DNA of 64,000 nt from Bugula neritina. Its lineage: Eukaryota > Animalia > Bryozoa. The notes under the pieces were generated by a model. It did not search any database. It was given only the letters and a program-made list of their open reading frames with translations, and was not told the origin of the DNA. The position numbers and the translations under genes were made by a program. Numbering within the stretch: the first letter of the stretch is position 1; the number at the start of each line of letters is the position of its first letter. Below, piece by piece: positions 26,301 through 41,300 of this stretch. The stretch covers positions 15,748,995-15,812,994 of the forward strand of contig OZ037765.1 of assembly GCA_964035545.1 (NCBI GenBank). Reading direction: 5' to 3'.

Positions 26301-29300
26301 AGTGTCTCTCATTCCTGATGCTTGCAGATCTAGACAAAATTCTGCATTTTCTTCTCAAGATCCTGCTCTACAACCAGAAAGCAGCACTACTAAATCTAGT
26401 GCAAAACTTGGTTAGCATTACATTTTAGTATCAATGTAATAGTTTATCAATGCGGTAGTCCAATTAGTTTTTGTGCAGGCTCACAAATTCGGCACAATTG
26501 TGCTGAGAGCCTATAATGTTTATTTTGTTTTAAAATTTATAGTTCAAGAAGCTATTAATTTGTGGTTGTCTTCTCTAGATATACAGCTGTTGGACACTTA
26601 TCCGAAGTTTCCAATCAACACACTTGCTTTGACCTCATCGAAATTTACACTCAGCATTGGGTTCCGTGAAAGGCAGAAAGTACACTTCCATATGCATCAC
26701 TACAGTTTAACTACATCTGTGGTGTCTTCAACAGGTCAGTCCTCAGATTTCTTGTAACTTAGCTTAATTGTAGTAATAATTAAATATGTTTTATGAATTG
26801 AACGAAATAAAGAAATCAGTATCAGATCAGTAACTCTATTAAATTGATTCCCTTTTCAAGAAACCTCATTTGTGCGAAGAAATAGCTTACCAATGCCGTC
26901 TATTTTTGCATGCCTCAATATGCAATAATGCATAAATGTCATACAAGAGATCAAACTGTGCATTGCATAATTTCCTTTCTACTTCATTTGTCGCCCAATA
27001 GCACTGCATCTAACATGAAGAATATTGGTGATCTTGGTGTGTACCAAATGTTTCGGTTTTTCCCATATTTTTCAGTACTAATGCATGTTTCATGAGTCCA
27101 ACATTTAACATAGTATCAGTGAATTCTCAGCTCAATAGATAATTGTAATGCTTGTACTCAACTTGTAACGAGCACTTGAACTAGTATATAAACAATGAAT
27201 ATACACTGCATATGTTTTAGACTTTGACCAGCTGGACATCGCTCTACAGTTTGCTGCGGTTGATATTGAGCTAATAGTTTCATCTCCTCAGCTGCTCAAC
27301 TCACGAGTTTTGGGGCCTTTCTCCTTTACTGCTGATGTCAATTCCGCTATTTCCCGTTTACATGTTCCATTTTCAAATATAAAGATCAGTTCATCCGTAC
27401 TTCCTTTCCAAGCTGGAATAGAGAATATAGAAATCTTTACCTCTTGTTTTGCGGAATTGTCTGCTATTTTTGTTCAGGTTTGTTGTTTTTTGTATTATAT
27501 GACTCTGAGAATATTTTAATTTTGTGATGGTATCGATTGCTGCTCTATGTATTAGTATAGAATTGATGCTGTTAAATTGTCTTCTCTTTTTTTTCACACT
27601 TGTTAATGAAGTAAGCACTAACTTATAATTGAGAGTTGGTAGTCTCTGGCATGGCACACACATACATTCTCTTATACATTGGTATGTACATCCAATGCCT
27701 TTTCTGGTTTAGAAAACTGAACTTCCTCCACGTTCTTCTGGTGGTAACTGGATGTCTGCTTCTGTCTCAAATGACCCTAGCAGACTGTCACTTGATTCTT
27801 CTGATTATTATGATGATCTGCGAATGGGGGCATTTAAGTATCTGCTGGAAAAAGGTAGGTACATTTATTTTTATATTTCTGTACATTCTTTCATATACTT
27901 TGACCTTTTCACACTAACATGTATTGTTTTATTAGCATTGTCTCACCAGCTAACAAACGGTTAACTACTATACTTATATGACCAGTAGTTATGTTGCATT
28001 AGTTTACTATATTTGGTAAACAGCTAACTACTATACTTATGTGAATAGTAGTAGCTGGTAAACAATACTGCTTGATCATGTTGTAGAGAGGAAGCTGCCT
28101 GTAGCCAACACTGTCCTATTCTATAGTGACCATGACAGCAGCACTCTCACCTGGACCTATTTGCAGCCTCGTGTCATTTCTGCTATACACATAAACCCTA
28201 TACCATTTGACTACCCAGTCGATCCTAATGCAGGGTTTTTTCTTCAAGATGTACAGGTAAAATAAGTTTTACTATGTCAAGGCTAACCAACATCTTTACA
28301 TCACGTATTATCCTATTTGACAATTTTGTTTGCAGGACACCTGATTGCTGCTTATTTAATATCAAGTTTTGGTTTACATTTATCAGATAGGATGCAGCTT
28401 GGAATACTGGAATCTCAAATCTAGCAGTTTTACCAAATATGCAGATTTCTCAATAAGCGAACAGTTTGGTACAAGTGTCAGTTTGCCGTTGGTGACTAGC
28501 GGTCTTGCTGTTTCCTCTAGAACATGGAGAATAGTCATCAACTACTATCTTGAAAGGAACTACTGTCTAGACCCAGTAGAGTAAGTCTTGTATGATTTTA
28601 GACTCTAGTGGTTGCAATTTGTTTTCTATCAAGTTCGAAAGTTTCTTTCGCCACTCATTAAGCTAACGTAGGTGCGTCTGCCATGTTGTCATTCATGTTC
28701 ATAGCATGTGGTTTGTAGAGACTACGTGTTTGCGATGGTATCACCCGCTGTTCTTGTGGCCGCCATGAAGGTCGACTCGAAGTACGCCCCTTCTCTAGTA
28801 CCCACTCTTCAAGTTTCACTTAATGTTAATCAGATGAGATTGAATATTGCCAGCAGCCACACATTTGCAGCAGGTCAGCATTGTATATATTAGTGTATTT
28901 CATTATTCAGTGTATGGTATATTGTATACATTAGTATATTTCATTATTCAGTGTATGGTATATTGTTGAACAGCCCTGGTTTACACCATTCGATGTGCAT
29001 AGCTACAATCCAACTGCTATTATTTTCTCCGATGCAGCACTCGCAGGCACCTCTCTATTATGCCAGACGGTGATCTCATGGCACAGAATATAGATCTCAT
29101 TGTCATTCATATAAAATATATCTGGTGGAAATCATAAAAAGTGATAAGGAAAGTAATTAGGGTTTAATTTTTTAAGTATGCTCTACAAATACATACTATA
29201 AATCTGTTGGCTATTCAAATTATATGAGTTTTAGAGTTCAGTGTTCACCTATTTTGAGCAATAAAATGTACCTGCAGCTTAATTATTTTAGTCAATTGTT

Positions 29301-32300
29301 TAAGAAAGGGGAGATTTTAATTTTTTATATAAACCAATAGTATTAATGTTGTTCAATATTTGCACCAAGTGTTTAGGGCTAAACTTCATTCAGCAGTTAT
29401 ATTTAGGCTTTGAAAAATGCATAATTGTAACGCAGGTGCTACACTGAGCTCTGGAGGTAACAGTTCTTCCAAATCTTCCAAAATGGTACAAAATAGTAGA
29501 TTAAAAATCTGAACAACTATATTATTTAGGTACTTTGGAGGAATTATAACAAACTAAATGACTAATCAACATTAATTTTGACTCTTTATCAAGTGGTTAG
29601 AATTTTTTCCACAAAAATTTCTATACTAGGCTTCAATTTGTAGAAAACTGGAACATACTTCATTAATGGTGACAAGCGCTAAGATAGGCTCTGAAAGCGG
29701 CTAGTTTTATTATGTAAGAGTTTTTTACCATCAACGCTAAGGAGAGCCTGTAGATTTGAGAAAACACGATTAACATAGCAAAAACATGCTTGTGCCATAT
29801 TATATAAAATAAAGTCACAATTCTGGAGTTAAATCTATAGTGAAGTTCCAAACTTTTCTGAATATTATATGAATTTGTTGTGTGACACCTTTATAAAGGG
29901 ACATGTGTTATAAGCTAGTGTATATGTTTGAATCTTACGAAAACTCTTTAAAACAATAACAATGCTAATATTATTTTCCTAGCAGCTTTAAAAAAACTAA
30001 GTATACATGTGTATGTTTTACACAGACCAAGTTAGCGAAAACCTGGTTAATAGTAAATCCACTAATTAGATAAAGCTAAAAGCAGAAAGAGGAGTAATTC
30101 AGATTAAAAGGGAAAAATAACAATTTTATTGCCATTAATTAATATCGTAGCTAAACTGTAAGCTTGCTCCTCTTTACTGAATCACAGCCAACATAAGAAT
30201 ATAAAGGAATTAAAAATATGAAGTCGCATCATGCATCCGTTACTCCAGCAATTGTAGTAACTTGTGACCAAAAATGGGTGGCATTGCTTTGCTTGACTTT
30301 TCTACTCTGATATTTTGAAGAATTTACAAGTACTTTTTTTCAGAACAAGCTATAGTGTAATATTGACCCACTAACATACAGTCATACCGGAGATTAACAA
30401 AAAAAAAAGTTTGTGAGTGCTATAGCACTGATTGTTTTGTTTCAAGTAAATAAGCATACACATAGAGCAAGTTTGTGATTTTAAAATAAATGTGAAAACT
30501 CACTTCTGCTATCAGCTGTAGCATATACGTTCATTGTAGTTTTCAGAGAAGAGTAAACCGGCACTAATATAAAGATATTTATTTATTGTTTTACTAAACT
30601 GGCTTGCATAAAATGAGGCATGCAGTTTTCTTCCATCAAATAACAAAAGTAATTTATGAAGGCTCATGTTGAAGTTAATTCATCGGTGAGCCGCGGTAGG
30701 GGTAGGATACGCATAAGGAATTTGAAAGTGCCCTAAATTGCTTTTATGCCCATATAATGTAGCCCACACATGTATAGTATTGCCTAATTAGCATTTTTAT
30801 TAAACTGCACTTCAACATCATGTGCTGCAGGTCATCATGAGAAGCTGGTACATTTCAATCTAAATTGGGAAGGGGATAGCTACAGACAAGATATCTTCAG
30901 CATGCTACTTGACAACACTTTACTGGAACTTATTGTTTGGCCTTGTCAGCTTAATAATTCTTTGACTAGCCCATCGGTCAAATTTCAATCCTCTCACAGC
31001 CTCACGCTGCGCTTTTGTGATCTGGAGTGAGTAACTTGTTACAAGAATTAGTACAATTATTTTATTTTTGAATTATGCTAACTAATATCTAGGAGAATAC
31101 TTAGAATAATAAGTTAACAAAGTGGTGAACTGATCTGTAGGCACCTGGTGTGGAAGCCTATGGTGGCATTGGAAGATATTAAAGTTGATGGCTCATTTGC
31201 TACTCAGGGAAATCAGGTAGGCAGACACATTTATATGACAATGCATAACATGTTTTGTATGATATATAAGATATTTTGTATAATATATATGATATCTTTT
31301 GCAATATATGCAGTATGTTGTACAATAGTTCAGTTAAAATGATTTAACTTTTTGGGCCCAATTTGTTCATTTACCAGTTTTTTAAGACTAAATTATGCTT
31401 ATAAAAAAGTGAAGCACCACGTTTTTATAACATGTCAACTTTTGTATTCAGTGGCTTATGGCATCTTTTGTCTGTTATTACTGTTTCACCTTGCTTTGTT
31501 CACATGGAAAAAATTTGGCATAATTTGCGAATTAGTTTTAAGGAAGTAAATAAACTGTTGAATGCTGCTATTTCGGTTTATTTTATAAATTACCAAGCTA
31601 CGATGTACTATTTTTTAAATATATTATTCACATTATTAGGAATTATACTTTGTTTTTGGTTATCATACACCCCATATTAAAATTTGTTTCACATTTTGAT
31701 AGATCTAACTCCTTGAACCCCACATGCACTGCATTATTAGCCACATTTTGTAATATCACCTTTGTATACTAATTGTAGAGATGCTATTCACTCGATGTTG
31801 GTATTGGAAAAACAGAAATGACCATGAGTCAGGATTGCATTAATACTATTCTTCAGCTGTTCAGTATGTTTAAGCAGCACACTGGCGGCTTACAGCATCT
31901 GCCCATCAGTTACATGTACACCATGTGTAACAACACTCATGTGGGCTTGTATGTAAAACAGGTATCTTAATCACACTACCAACATTTGAAGTAGTAGAGG
32001 AACTACTTTTCCTTTTATTGATAATGTGTTATTTACAATACCACATATTTTCAAGCATGCGTTTCTTTCTACATATTATTAGTGATGTTAAAAAATGTTT
32101 ATTAGTATAAGTTTCAACTGTATGCAAGCCAGTATCATCTGTTCAATCTAAGTTTTCTACTCGTTTTATTGTACTCTACTAAAAGTATTAATTGACTGGA
32201 TTTTTTATGCTATATTGCCCAATTAATCTAATCTCACCAATGTCACGACAATAGCAAAACTCGGGGAAAAGCACTTTTATTTACTAGAACTGTGATTTAT

Positions 32301-35300
32301 TATGTTAAATAAAAGATCAGTAAAGTCTGTTTACCTTGGCATGATAGGTGTTATCTCCCTTTTTTATTTAAAGGTCAGCTGTGATGATAACTCAGCTATA
32401 CATATTCCACCAGGCACAGCCCACCCTTTCTGTTGGAATAAATACTCTCCTTTAAAAGTTCAACTTTCTCAGGATAAAGGTCTACACAACTGGAGCTCTG
32501 CCTCTCCTTTAGATGATACAGGTGTACACGTCACCAAAATATGGAATCATGTTCCATTCAAAGATAGAGACTCCAATTATGTTACTTTGTTTATAGATGT
32601 TGAGAAGATGACATCAGTTCATAAAGTGGTATGTAAATATAAGCAATGTATCATAGTTGTCTTCACTCTGTAGTCACGTCTGGTAGTTCAGACTCTACAG
32701 TATTCAAGGGCTAAAGATAGTGGGGGCTAGTGAAATTTATCCACTGATGTTTTCCATGGCTTATATATTATCATTGCTAATGTATGCACCCCCTGTATGG
32801 CCCAGCCTGTTCACAAAGGAAGCGTGAACAAGCTTGAAAAAATTCAGAAACCTTTGATGAGAATTATTTCACCAAATGCATCTTACTGAAAAAGTCTAGT
32901 CATCAACTCCCCTCCAACCATCTAGCTACTTCTTAATAATGCTGGATCAGAGTACTAATGTAAAGTCATCAATGACAAAATTTATTCATTGAACTTAATA
33001 GTTTGGCCAAACAGTAACAGTTGAGATCTATACTACAAATGCGTGTGCCAATATGTCACACCAAAAATTTGTTGAGTAGTTCTTTTATTAAGTATGCTAT
33101 GTAATTTATGTAATAGGTTATTTTTCCTATCTACCTATTTCAAAATTCCCTTTTTTCACTGTTGTAAATTTCCTCCAGTAAGAACGGAAATGGCGTATGA
33201 AAGATATAAATAAATCTAAATCTACGGTAACAAACTTGTAACATGTATGCTGTAAGAGTGCGGGCTAGAGTGAAGTACACAAAGCACAGTACGCTGTATG
33301 GCATGCCTTCATAGTTTATATCAAGATTATAGGCCATGGTACTCTGCTGATGATGGGACTAACTGTACTGCAATGCATATGAGCGATCAAAATACATACC
33401 AACTCAATTTTATAACCAATTTTTCTTCGGTGTAGCAATTAAATCAAAGATGTTGAATTGAATATTATGTTATTCAATTGTTATCTTTCAGGTTACTATT
33501 AGTGGAAGTGTTTGTGTGACCAGTCGATTGAGCACAACTCATTTGGACATTCGCCTTTCCACAACTGAAAAGCATAATTTTCACATGAAGGTACAATACT
33601 ATGTTCTGTATTCAAAGAGCAGTACCAAGTAGCTTTTTTATAGTTATGAAAGAAATTGTAATTGGAAAGTCATTTTTTCTTTTTTACTTGAATTGTATCT
33701 GGAAGACTATTCCTATATTGTAGATATCTCCAAGCTTTTCATTCAGCAGTTTTGCTATAAGCAATGGATGTGGTAAAGAGTTGAGAGTTCGAGAAGTGGC
33801 CTCAAAAGCTGACGATCAACATCCATATTCACAGCCAATACATTTGGACCATAAAGCAGTAGCAGCACTAGATTTATTTACTGTTTCTGTAAGTTACTGT
33901 TTTGCCGTCTATATAATATTTTGTCCATGTTACTTTCAAACACAAAATATTTTTGTCGCTAAAATTTACATAATTATACATATTATTGTTAAGACTGCTT
34001 GCTGTAGCACTAATGATGAAGTTAGCATAATGAAAATATTTGATTATGCTTTTTGATCACATTTTATTGCTCTCACTTTATGTTAGGAACTCTATCACCC
34101 GATGAGGGCATGGCAGTGAAAGGTGAACTTTGTGCTCGGAAATGAATGCCCTTTAATTGAGCACTCCAACTATAGCTATAAATTCAAGTTGTTTGCAAAA
34201 ATTGTGTACCTCAGAATAAACTGTATGTGAAGGAAAATGTGAAAGTACTAAATTGTAGCACCAGTCCCACTGTTGAAATGCAATGGTATCGAAAACTGTT
34301 ATATGACTAAAAAAGCTGTGTGTTGCTTCATAAAAATACATTCAAAAAACTATCTATCATTGTACATTAACTTGTTGGTGATAGAATTGTGTGCTTTTGC
34401 CTTTTTAAAGATCTTCCATTTAATATTATAGTCAACGTAATTGTCAATCAAACTCTTAATGCATTTGCGCATTTTTGTTTGGATGCATTTTACACAAGTT
34501 GAATAAACATATTAGCATACAATTTCTTAGCTGATGTCAACACCATGTTTTTTGTAAGTTTTTTTTTGTACGGTGGCTTGTTCAACAATTTCCATCCTAT
34601 GGGAGGCCATTTGTTGTTTGCTACTTGATATCTTTACAGCTAAATAGAGATATGGCAGAAGCTTGTTGCCGGGTGATGGTCAAGCATTTGGAAGGCGAAT
34701 CTCAATATTGTGTAAGATTTCTATACTTGCTTTAATGGTACTGCAGAGTTTCACTGGTATTACTTGCTACAAACCATAGTCACGTGCAGTAAGTAACAAA
34801 CCATAGTCACGTGCATTAACTAAGTGGTAAGTTTTGTAAGTGAAGCTTAAAGATTCTACTTCAGAAAAACTTGAACTTTTGATTCCAAAACTGCAGTTGG
34901 ATAAGTTTCATTGTTGATTTTAAATATCTATACGTATACATTAAGTAAGCTTAACACCAAAAATACACTAGATCATCTAAATTAGAAGTAGTTTAGGTAG
35001 TTTCTAGTGACTTGGTATTTTATCCAGCTGTAGCTGAAGCCAATTGATAGACATTTGCTACTACAATAAGCTGTCCACCAACACTTACTTGCTAATCGCT
35101 ATGGCAAAACTATAAAAACAACATATAAACTGTACAAAGTGGCCAGCAACTGAGCAACTGCACATTTGATTAGACAACCTGGCAGACAAAGTGATCTGAA
35201 ACAGGATTATAGTGACACACATGTACACTAATATTAAAGTTAAGATGCTCCTAATTTTTTCATATCTGCAAAATTATGGTTTGTACTATGAGTTTAAATG

Positions 35301-38300
35301 AAAGCAGTCCACGAGCTTTTTTGCATGGTGTCACAATATTTGCATACCATATCATAACTTTTAACATAAAACTACTTGTAGGTAGAATTCAGCCCTTTAT
35401 ACAGTATAAAGTCCTACCTACCACATACCCTTGCTGTAAATGTCTTGCCGGCTGCTTCTAATTGGCTAATCCACACTTCCTATGCCACAGAACTGGCTGG
35501 TCTAGCAAGTTCTGAAGCATATGTGCTCAGCTTGAGGCCCAGGTATATTACATACTATATGGTCACTGGTTTATACATAAACTAGGTGTCTGATGTACTA
35601 GTAATATTGTATTCATCATATAGGTGTTGCACGTGCTTCATGTAAACTGAAAACTTGTGCAGTATTGCAGCTTTTAAATAATTGAAAAGCAATAATATGG
35701 CACTGTCAGCTCACATTGTACCTCTAGTTCATATAGATGTAAAAAGTTGTAAAAGGCTTGCATTTAGTATTTATTTATGAAATGTTTTAAAAAATGGTTT
35801 AATAATATTAGTAGAAATATTTTGAACTAAATAAAGTGTTGTACCAGATGACTTCTTTGACTATGTTTATTATTGTTTAAGTTCACATTAGTATTTACTT
35901 CTTTTCAATGCCTATTTGTATGTAGTTTTTGAATCTGTGAAATGTTTGTCTTTTGCTAATAGGAGTAAGCAGACACAGTAGAAAACTCGTTGCTTGCAGA
36001 AAATACCCTGTATTGGTTTTATAATAAGGTTGTAACAACATACAACATTGTTCAACTCTTCAAATTATAAATAGAAGCTTGATTTGAAGCTTAATGGGAT
36101 ACTACAGCTACCTTGTATACATTTAACATTAAATTATATTAAAGTAGTGTAAAGGGCCATAAGCAACCACAATGTAATGGTCAATCTCATGTTTTATGAA
36201 CAGTATGTTGATAATACATGCTATTCCTTGCTTGTAGTGAGAGCACCTCAGCAACACCTGTGGAACTGCCTCTTTCTCTGAATACTTTCACTTCTTTAGA
36301 AGATGTTGAAGAGTACGACAGCACAACATCTGTCCTTGATATATGTCGCCAGTCAGCCATTTCTCTCCAAACTCTGAGAAATGTCTGGCCAGACTCTTCA
36401 CAGAATTATAAGTATGTGGAAAAAGAGGGGTTAATGGAGTTAAAAAAGATGGAAAGGATGTGGGATACTTTTTATCATGAAGCATCTGTAATATACCTGT
36501 ATACGTTCTTTCAACTGTGAAATGGGTAGATAGTATCACTTGTTTTCTTTCTTGTAAATTACTGTATCAAAATTGTTTTACTGATGGATCTTGACCTGCA
36601 CTTGCAGTTATGTAAATCATAACTCAGCCTGTCAAAAATTACTGGGCAAAATTTTAAAGAAAATTTTCTTCTATTAGGAACTAAAACAATTTGAACTTAT
36701 CAAAATAGTTGCTTTCACTTTATGTTAGTAGCACATATACTACACTGTGTTAGATGCACATATTTTCTGTCATATGTACATAATATATGTTTCAGACTGG
36801 ATGGTAAATTTCAACCTCTTTCAATAGACATCCCGCAGTCAGTTCTTGCATCTGAACTCACATTGACTGATGTTTGCACAGAGAATGTTGGGGTTGAAAT
36901 ATCTTGGAAACAGCATTGGGTTGGCACAGCTTCACTTCTCATGACAATCAAGCCTCAGTGTGTTTTTGTGAACAATACCAGTGTTAATATCTGTATTGTG
37001 TATGGCTCTCAGTTCTCTCCTATACAACCTAGGCAAACGGTTATCTCGCCTAACTCACTCCAGGTATGTGACTTCGTATACTAATTCTCACTCTATGTAC
37101 TAACTCACTCCATGTACTACCTCACTCCATGTACTAACTCACTCTATGTACTAATTCACTCTATGTACTAACTCACTCCATATAATGCTAACTCACTCTA
37201 TGTACTAACTCACTCTATGTACTAAATCACTCCAGGTACTAACTCACTCCATATAATGCTAACTCACTCTATGTACTAACTCATTCTATGTACTAAATCA
37301 CTCCAGGTACTAACTCACTATATGCTAACTCACTCCATGTACTAACTCACTCTATGTACTAACTCACTCTATGTACTAACTCACTCCATGTACTAACTCA
37401 CTCCATGTACCAACTCACCATATGTACTAATTCACTCTATGTACTAACTCACTCCATATAATGCTAACTCACTCTATGTACTAACTCACTCTATGTACTA
37501 AATCACTCCAGGTACTAACTCACTCCAGGTACTATTTCACTCCATGTACATATTGGTAATACGAGGTCAGTCTATGAGTGCTGAGACTTTATTCATGACA
37601 AGCTAAAATTTAGTTCCATACTTTTTTCATTATAGCCCCCTTTCTTTTCAACACATCGGTGCCATCCTTTTATCAGAGCTAAATTCCAGCAGTGTATAAT
37701 ACCGTTATTTCTGGCTGCATGGTGTCTGTATTGTATGTCGTCATGTGTTAAATGTTTTTATATTGTGTCTTCATGTGTTGAATGTCTGTGTAGTGTGTCT
37801 TCATGTGTTGAATGTTTGTATATTGTGTCAACATGTGTTGAATGTTTGTGTAGTGTTGTCGTCATGTGTTGAATGTTTGTATAGTGTGTCTTCATGTGTT
37901 GAATGTTTGTATAGTGTGCCTTCATGTGTTGAATGTTTGTGTAAAAGTTATCTCTAGAGAAGGTTAAAATCATGTTTAGACTTACTTCACCATCGGGATC
38001 TATGGTAATGAACGCATGAGCATATCTGATCCCATTCACTTGAGTGAAGACGACATCAATCCTAGAAGTTTTGTATCACCGAATAAATGCATCCTCTTTA
38101 TGGAATCATACGCTTACACCAACATAGGTGTATCACAGGCACAGCACCGTCCCCACCAGGTGAGCACATTGAACTAAGCAGTGCATAGCTTTTTTCTTTT
38201 CTCTGTTCGAGTGATTTGTAGTCTCACTGGGATATTTTTTCAACATAGTATGTGACAAACAATGCAGATGTGCTATCTTTATAGGAATATCGAGGAAATA

Positions 38301-41300
38301 ATCCCTCTATTATTAATCTACAGTGCTTTTTTCTACATTGGTTTTAGATGTATGAAAGCTAAAAAATGTAACCATCACCTATTTTCTTTTGTTTTTTTCT
38401 TTTTATGATGTGTAATTACAATGAATGAGGCCTCATCTTACATGTTTTGTTATTGAACGTAATAAAACTTTATCCTTAGCTATAATATTTGTATTGATAT
38501 AAATATTATTTTTTATCACTTGCAGGTTAGAAAAGTTTTTTGTGAACTATCAATTATTGTAATGGTATAACAGCCATTAGTGTAGGTTCCTATTTATTTA
38601 TTGAGTGTATATTTAACTGATATTTTTAGCTGCTATACTTTGTGATTACGTCTCATAAGTGTGATGGAGTACGAGTTATCACTGTTCATGAAAGATTCAT
38701 TGTCCACAACTCTACAAAAAAAGATCTTTTCATATCAGCATTGGCTGCACCCATATGCAGCAGCAGAGTTCATCCACAGGAAGTGACCTCACATTCTGTC
38801 CAGCTGCCATGTGATACTTCTATGCCTTTGTCTCTTACTACTACACAAATAATTGAAACTGCTTCTACTGCCGCCGTTGTGTTCCTTACCTTTTCACAAG
38901 TGCTTGGAGGTAAGTATTCAGCTAACAAAGCACACACTAACAAAGGTTAGTGTGTGCTTTGTTAGCATGTGCTCTTTACTCTGTACTCTGTATATATGGT
39001 CAAAAACAAGTGTTAGCTGTGCCAAGTAGATACATGCCTCTTATGTAGTAGGGATTCACCTTTCGTTCTCCAGCAGCAGCAGTTTTTGTAATGACGTCAG
39101 GTGTTTAATTAGTTTTTGTGTGCTTTATAGATTGGAGTTATCCTTTTCAATTACCCATAGAGCAATTTCCTATGAGACATTCAACTCTAGCAGTTCCTCT
39201 TGAAACATCTTTGGATACTAAATGCCTGTGTCTTACTTTATCTACTGTGAACGGAGTGACATACATAGTGGTAGGAGAGAGCCTTGTGCCTACTATTATC
39301 TTGCACAACAACTGTGCATTGCCTCTAGCTTATGGCCAGACGCTAACTAACAGATCTGATGAAGTGCTAGAGGCAATGAGTCTCTTATCTCAACCTCCGA
39401 TAATAAAGAGTATGCACTCTACCGCCTATACATTCACCACCGTGAATAAACAGTATCCACTACATGTAGGCTGTACAGAGTATCCCAAGCTAAAGATTGC
39501 AAGTATGTTACTCACGTAACCCACAATTATATCTTTTACAGTGCAACCGTAAATATTTTTTTAAATTACGTATATATAACAACTATATAACTTTGTACAT
39601 TTTTACTTAGAGCATTTCAACTGGAACATTCAATGCAGTATGCAGCAAAACATACCAATATTATTTCTTACTTAGGTGTACCTTTGGTAATGTTCTATAC
39701 ATATCTACATGTGTGTGTATATATATATATATATAATCATGAGGCACAGAGTATATATTGTTTGTACATTCTAGTATTAGTGAATGATACTTTGTGCACA
39801 CATGGATGCTCTCTTGTATGTGACAGGTGTGGGAGGTCAGTATGGCGTGGAGGTGTGGTCTGAAGGTATCAACATCTTCGATAGTAATCTTATGCAGTTA
39901 CTACATGTTCCTGATTTTGGAGAAATAAAAGTCACCATAAAATCGTGTCAACTCAATCAACACGTGTACATTGAGCCGATAGATAGGGTGAAGGATGCTG
40001 TTTGTGAAGTCCGTGGTGAAGATGGCTCTATTCTGTCGGTGACTGGCTCTATTAACAGTATTGAAAGCATCTCTAATGTTGAAGATGGAGCTGATGAAGG
40101 GCAGCAACAGGTGACTGCTGGTAACACACTTAGTGACATGTCAATATTGGCCAACATTCTTTTGGAAGAGGTGAGTCCGTCAGATATGAGTGAGTCATAA
40201 TTGAAAAGACTGTTTATAATACACTTGCAGTGCCAATTAATGTTGTCTGTTGCTTGTGTTTTTCTGCAGATGGTCTTTGTATTGGTCGACTCCCAGCACG
40301 CTATTGGTGACAGCAAAGAGTTCCTACAGCTCCGTCTCTCGGGAGCCGCTGCATGTCTGCACCACTCCACTACTCCCAATAGGAATGAGGTGAAAGATGT
40401 CACACTGCAGCTTCTCTTGCTTGATCTAAACCTCTACAATCAGCAGCTTTCAACAGGGCTCTATGACTTCCACCATATACTGGCATTCCAGAAACCTAGT
40501 AGCTTCAGTTCTTCTAATCCTCTGTTTGGGGAACAGGTTTGTACTATCTGCTAACAGTATTGAGCTCTATGGGACAGCTCCATTTCATTTGTCTGGTATA
40601 AAACTAGAGCAGATCTCTTGAGTATCGTTGGGTGTCTGTTCTCCTACTGTCATAATTAAACTATGAGTTATTCAACAGCCATAATAATGAGTGCTTAGTA
40701 GTCAAAACAATTTTGTAAATAAACAGATAAGTTTAAACTATGGATAAGTATGCTTAAATATTCATAATGTGTGTTTACTAGCTCCTTATAAATTTACAAT
40801 TCAACCATGCATCACCAGCTTTGTACTAGATCAGGTCTATAATACTAGCTTTTGAGTTGCACACTTATTGCAAAGTGGATATAAAGGGCTCACACATGTA
40901 TATAACTATTTAGAAGCCTTTCTGCAGCTTCTTTATTGCCTGACAAATAGTGTAAGTGTTCTGTATATTATCTTGCAGTTAAAGTTTATTCAGGAAAAAC
41001 GTGCAATGAAAGTAGATCTGAGCTTTGAATGTGGCCTGGAAGGAGAAGGGTACAAGTTGGTGACAGTAGGCGTGGCTTGTCAGCCTCTATGTGTTCGGAT
41101 AGAAGACTCGTTGGTACAGTCTCTGGTGAAAACCATAGACAGCTATCTCACTATGGCCAGTCTATTACCAGCTACTTCTGACAACTGTGCTCAAGTTAGC
41201 AATTATTACAGTGACACTAATCCACACAATAATGCATCCCTCAAACTATTATCTTGTTTGAAAAAGTTTCATTTGTAATTCTGTTATTTAGAAAAATAGT

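Noticed and set aside
31962-32373. Second possible U12 intron (donor GTATCTTAA)
   Set aside because: Donor deviates from the consensus, and the acceptor has an ordinary pyrimidine tract with no U12 branch motif.
33345-34130. Other hammerhead-like strings: ctgatgatgg at ~33345, ccgatgag...gaaa at ~34099 (also ctgaaga...gaaa at ~58569)
   Set aside because: Missing GAAA box, altered CUGA core, or no pairing helix II.
37050-37942. Regular arrays that could be mistaken for CRISPR
   Set aside because: Head-to-tail tandem units without unique spacers, no cas genes, and located in a eukaryotic intron.
39957-40403. 148-aa antisense ORF and other minus-strand ORFs over VPS13B and fibulin
   Set aside because: Shadows of + strand exons with no recognisable domains or independent splice structure.
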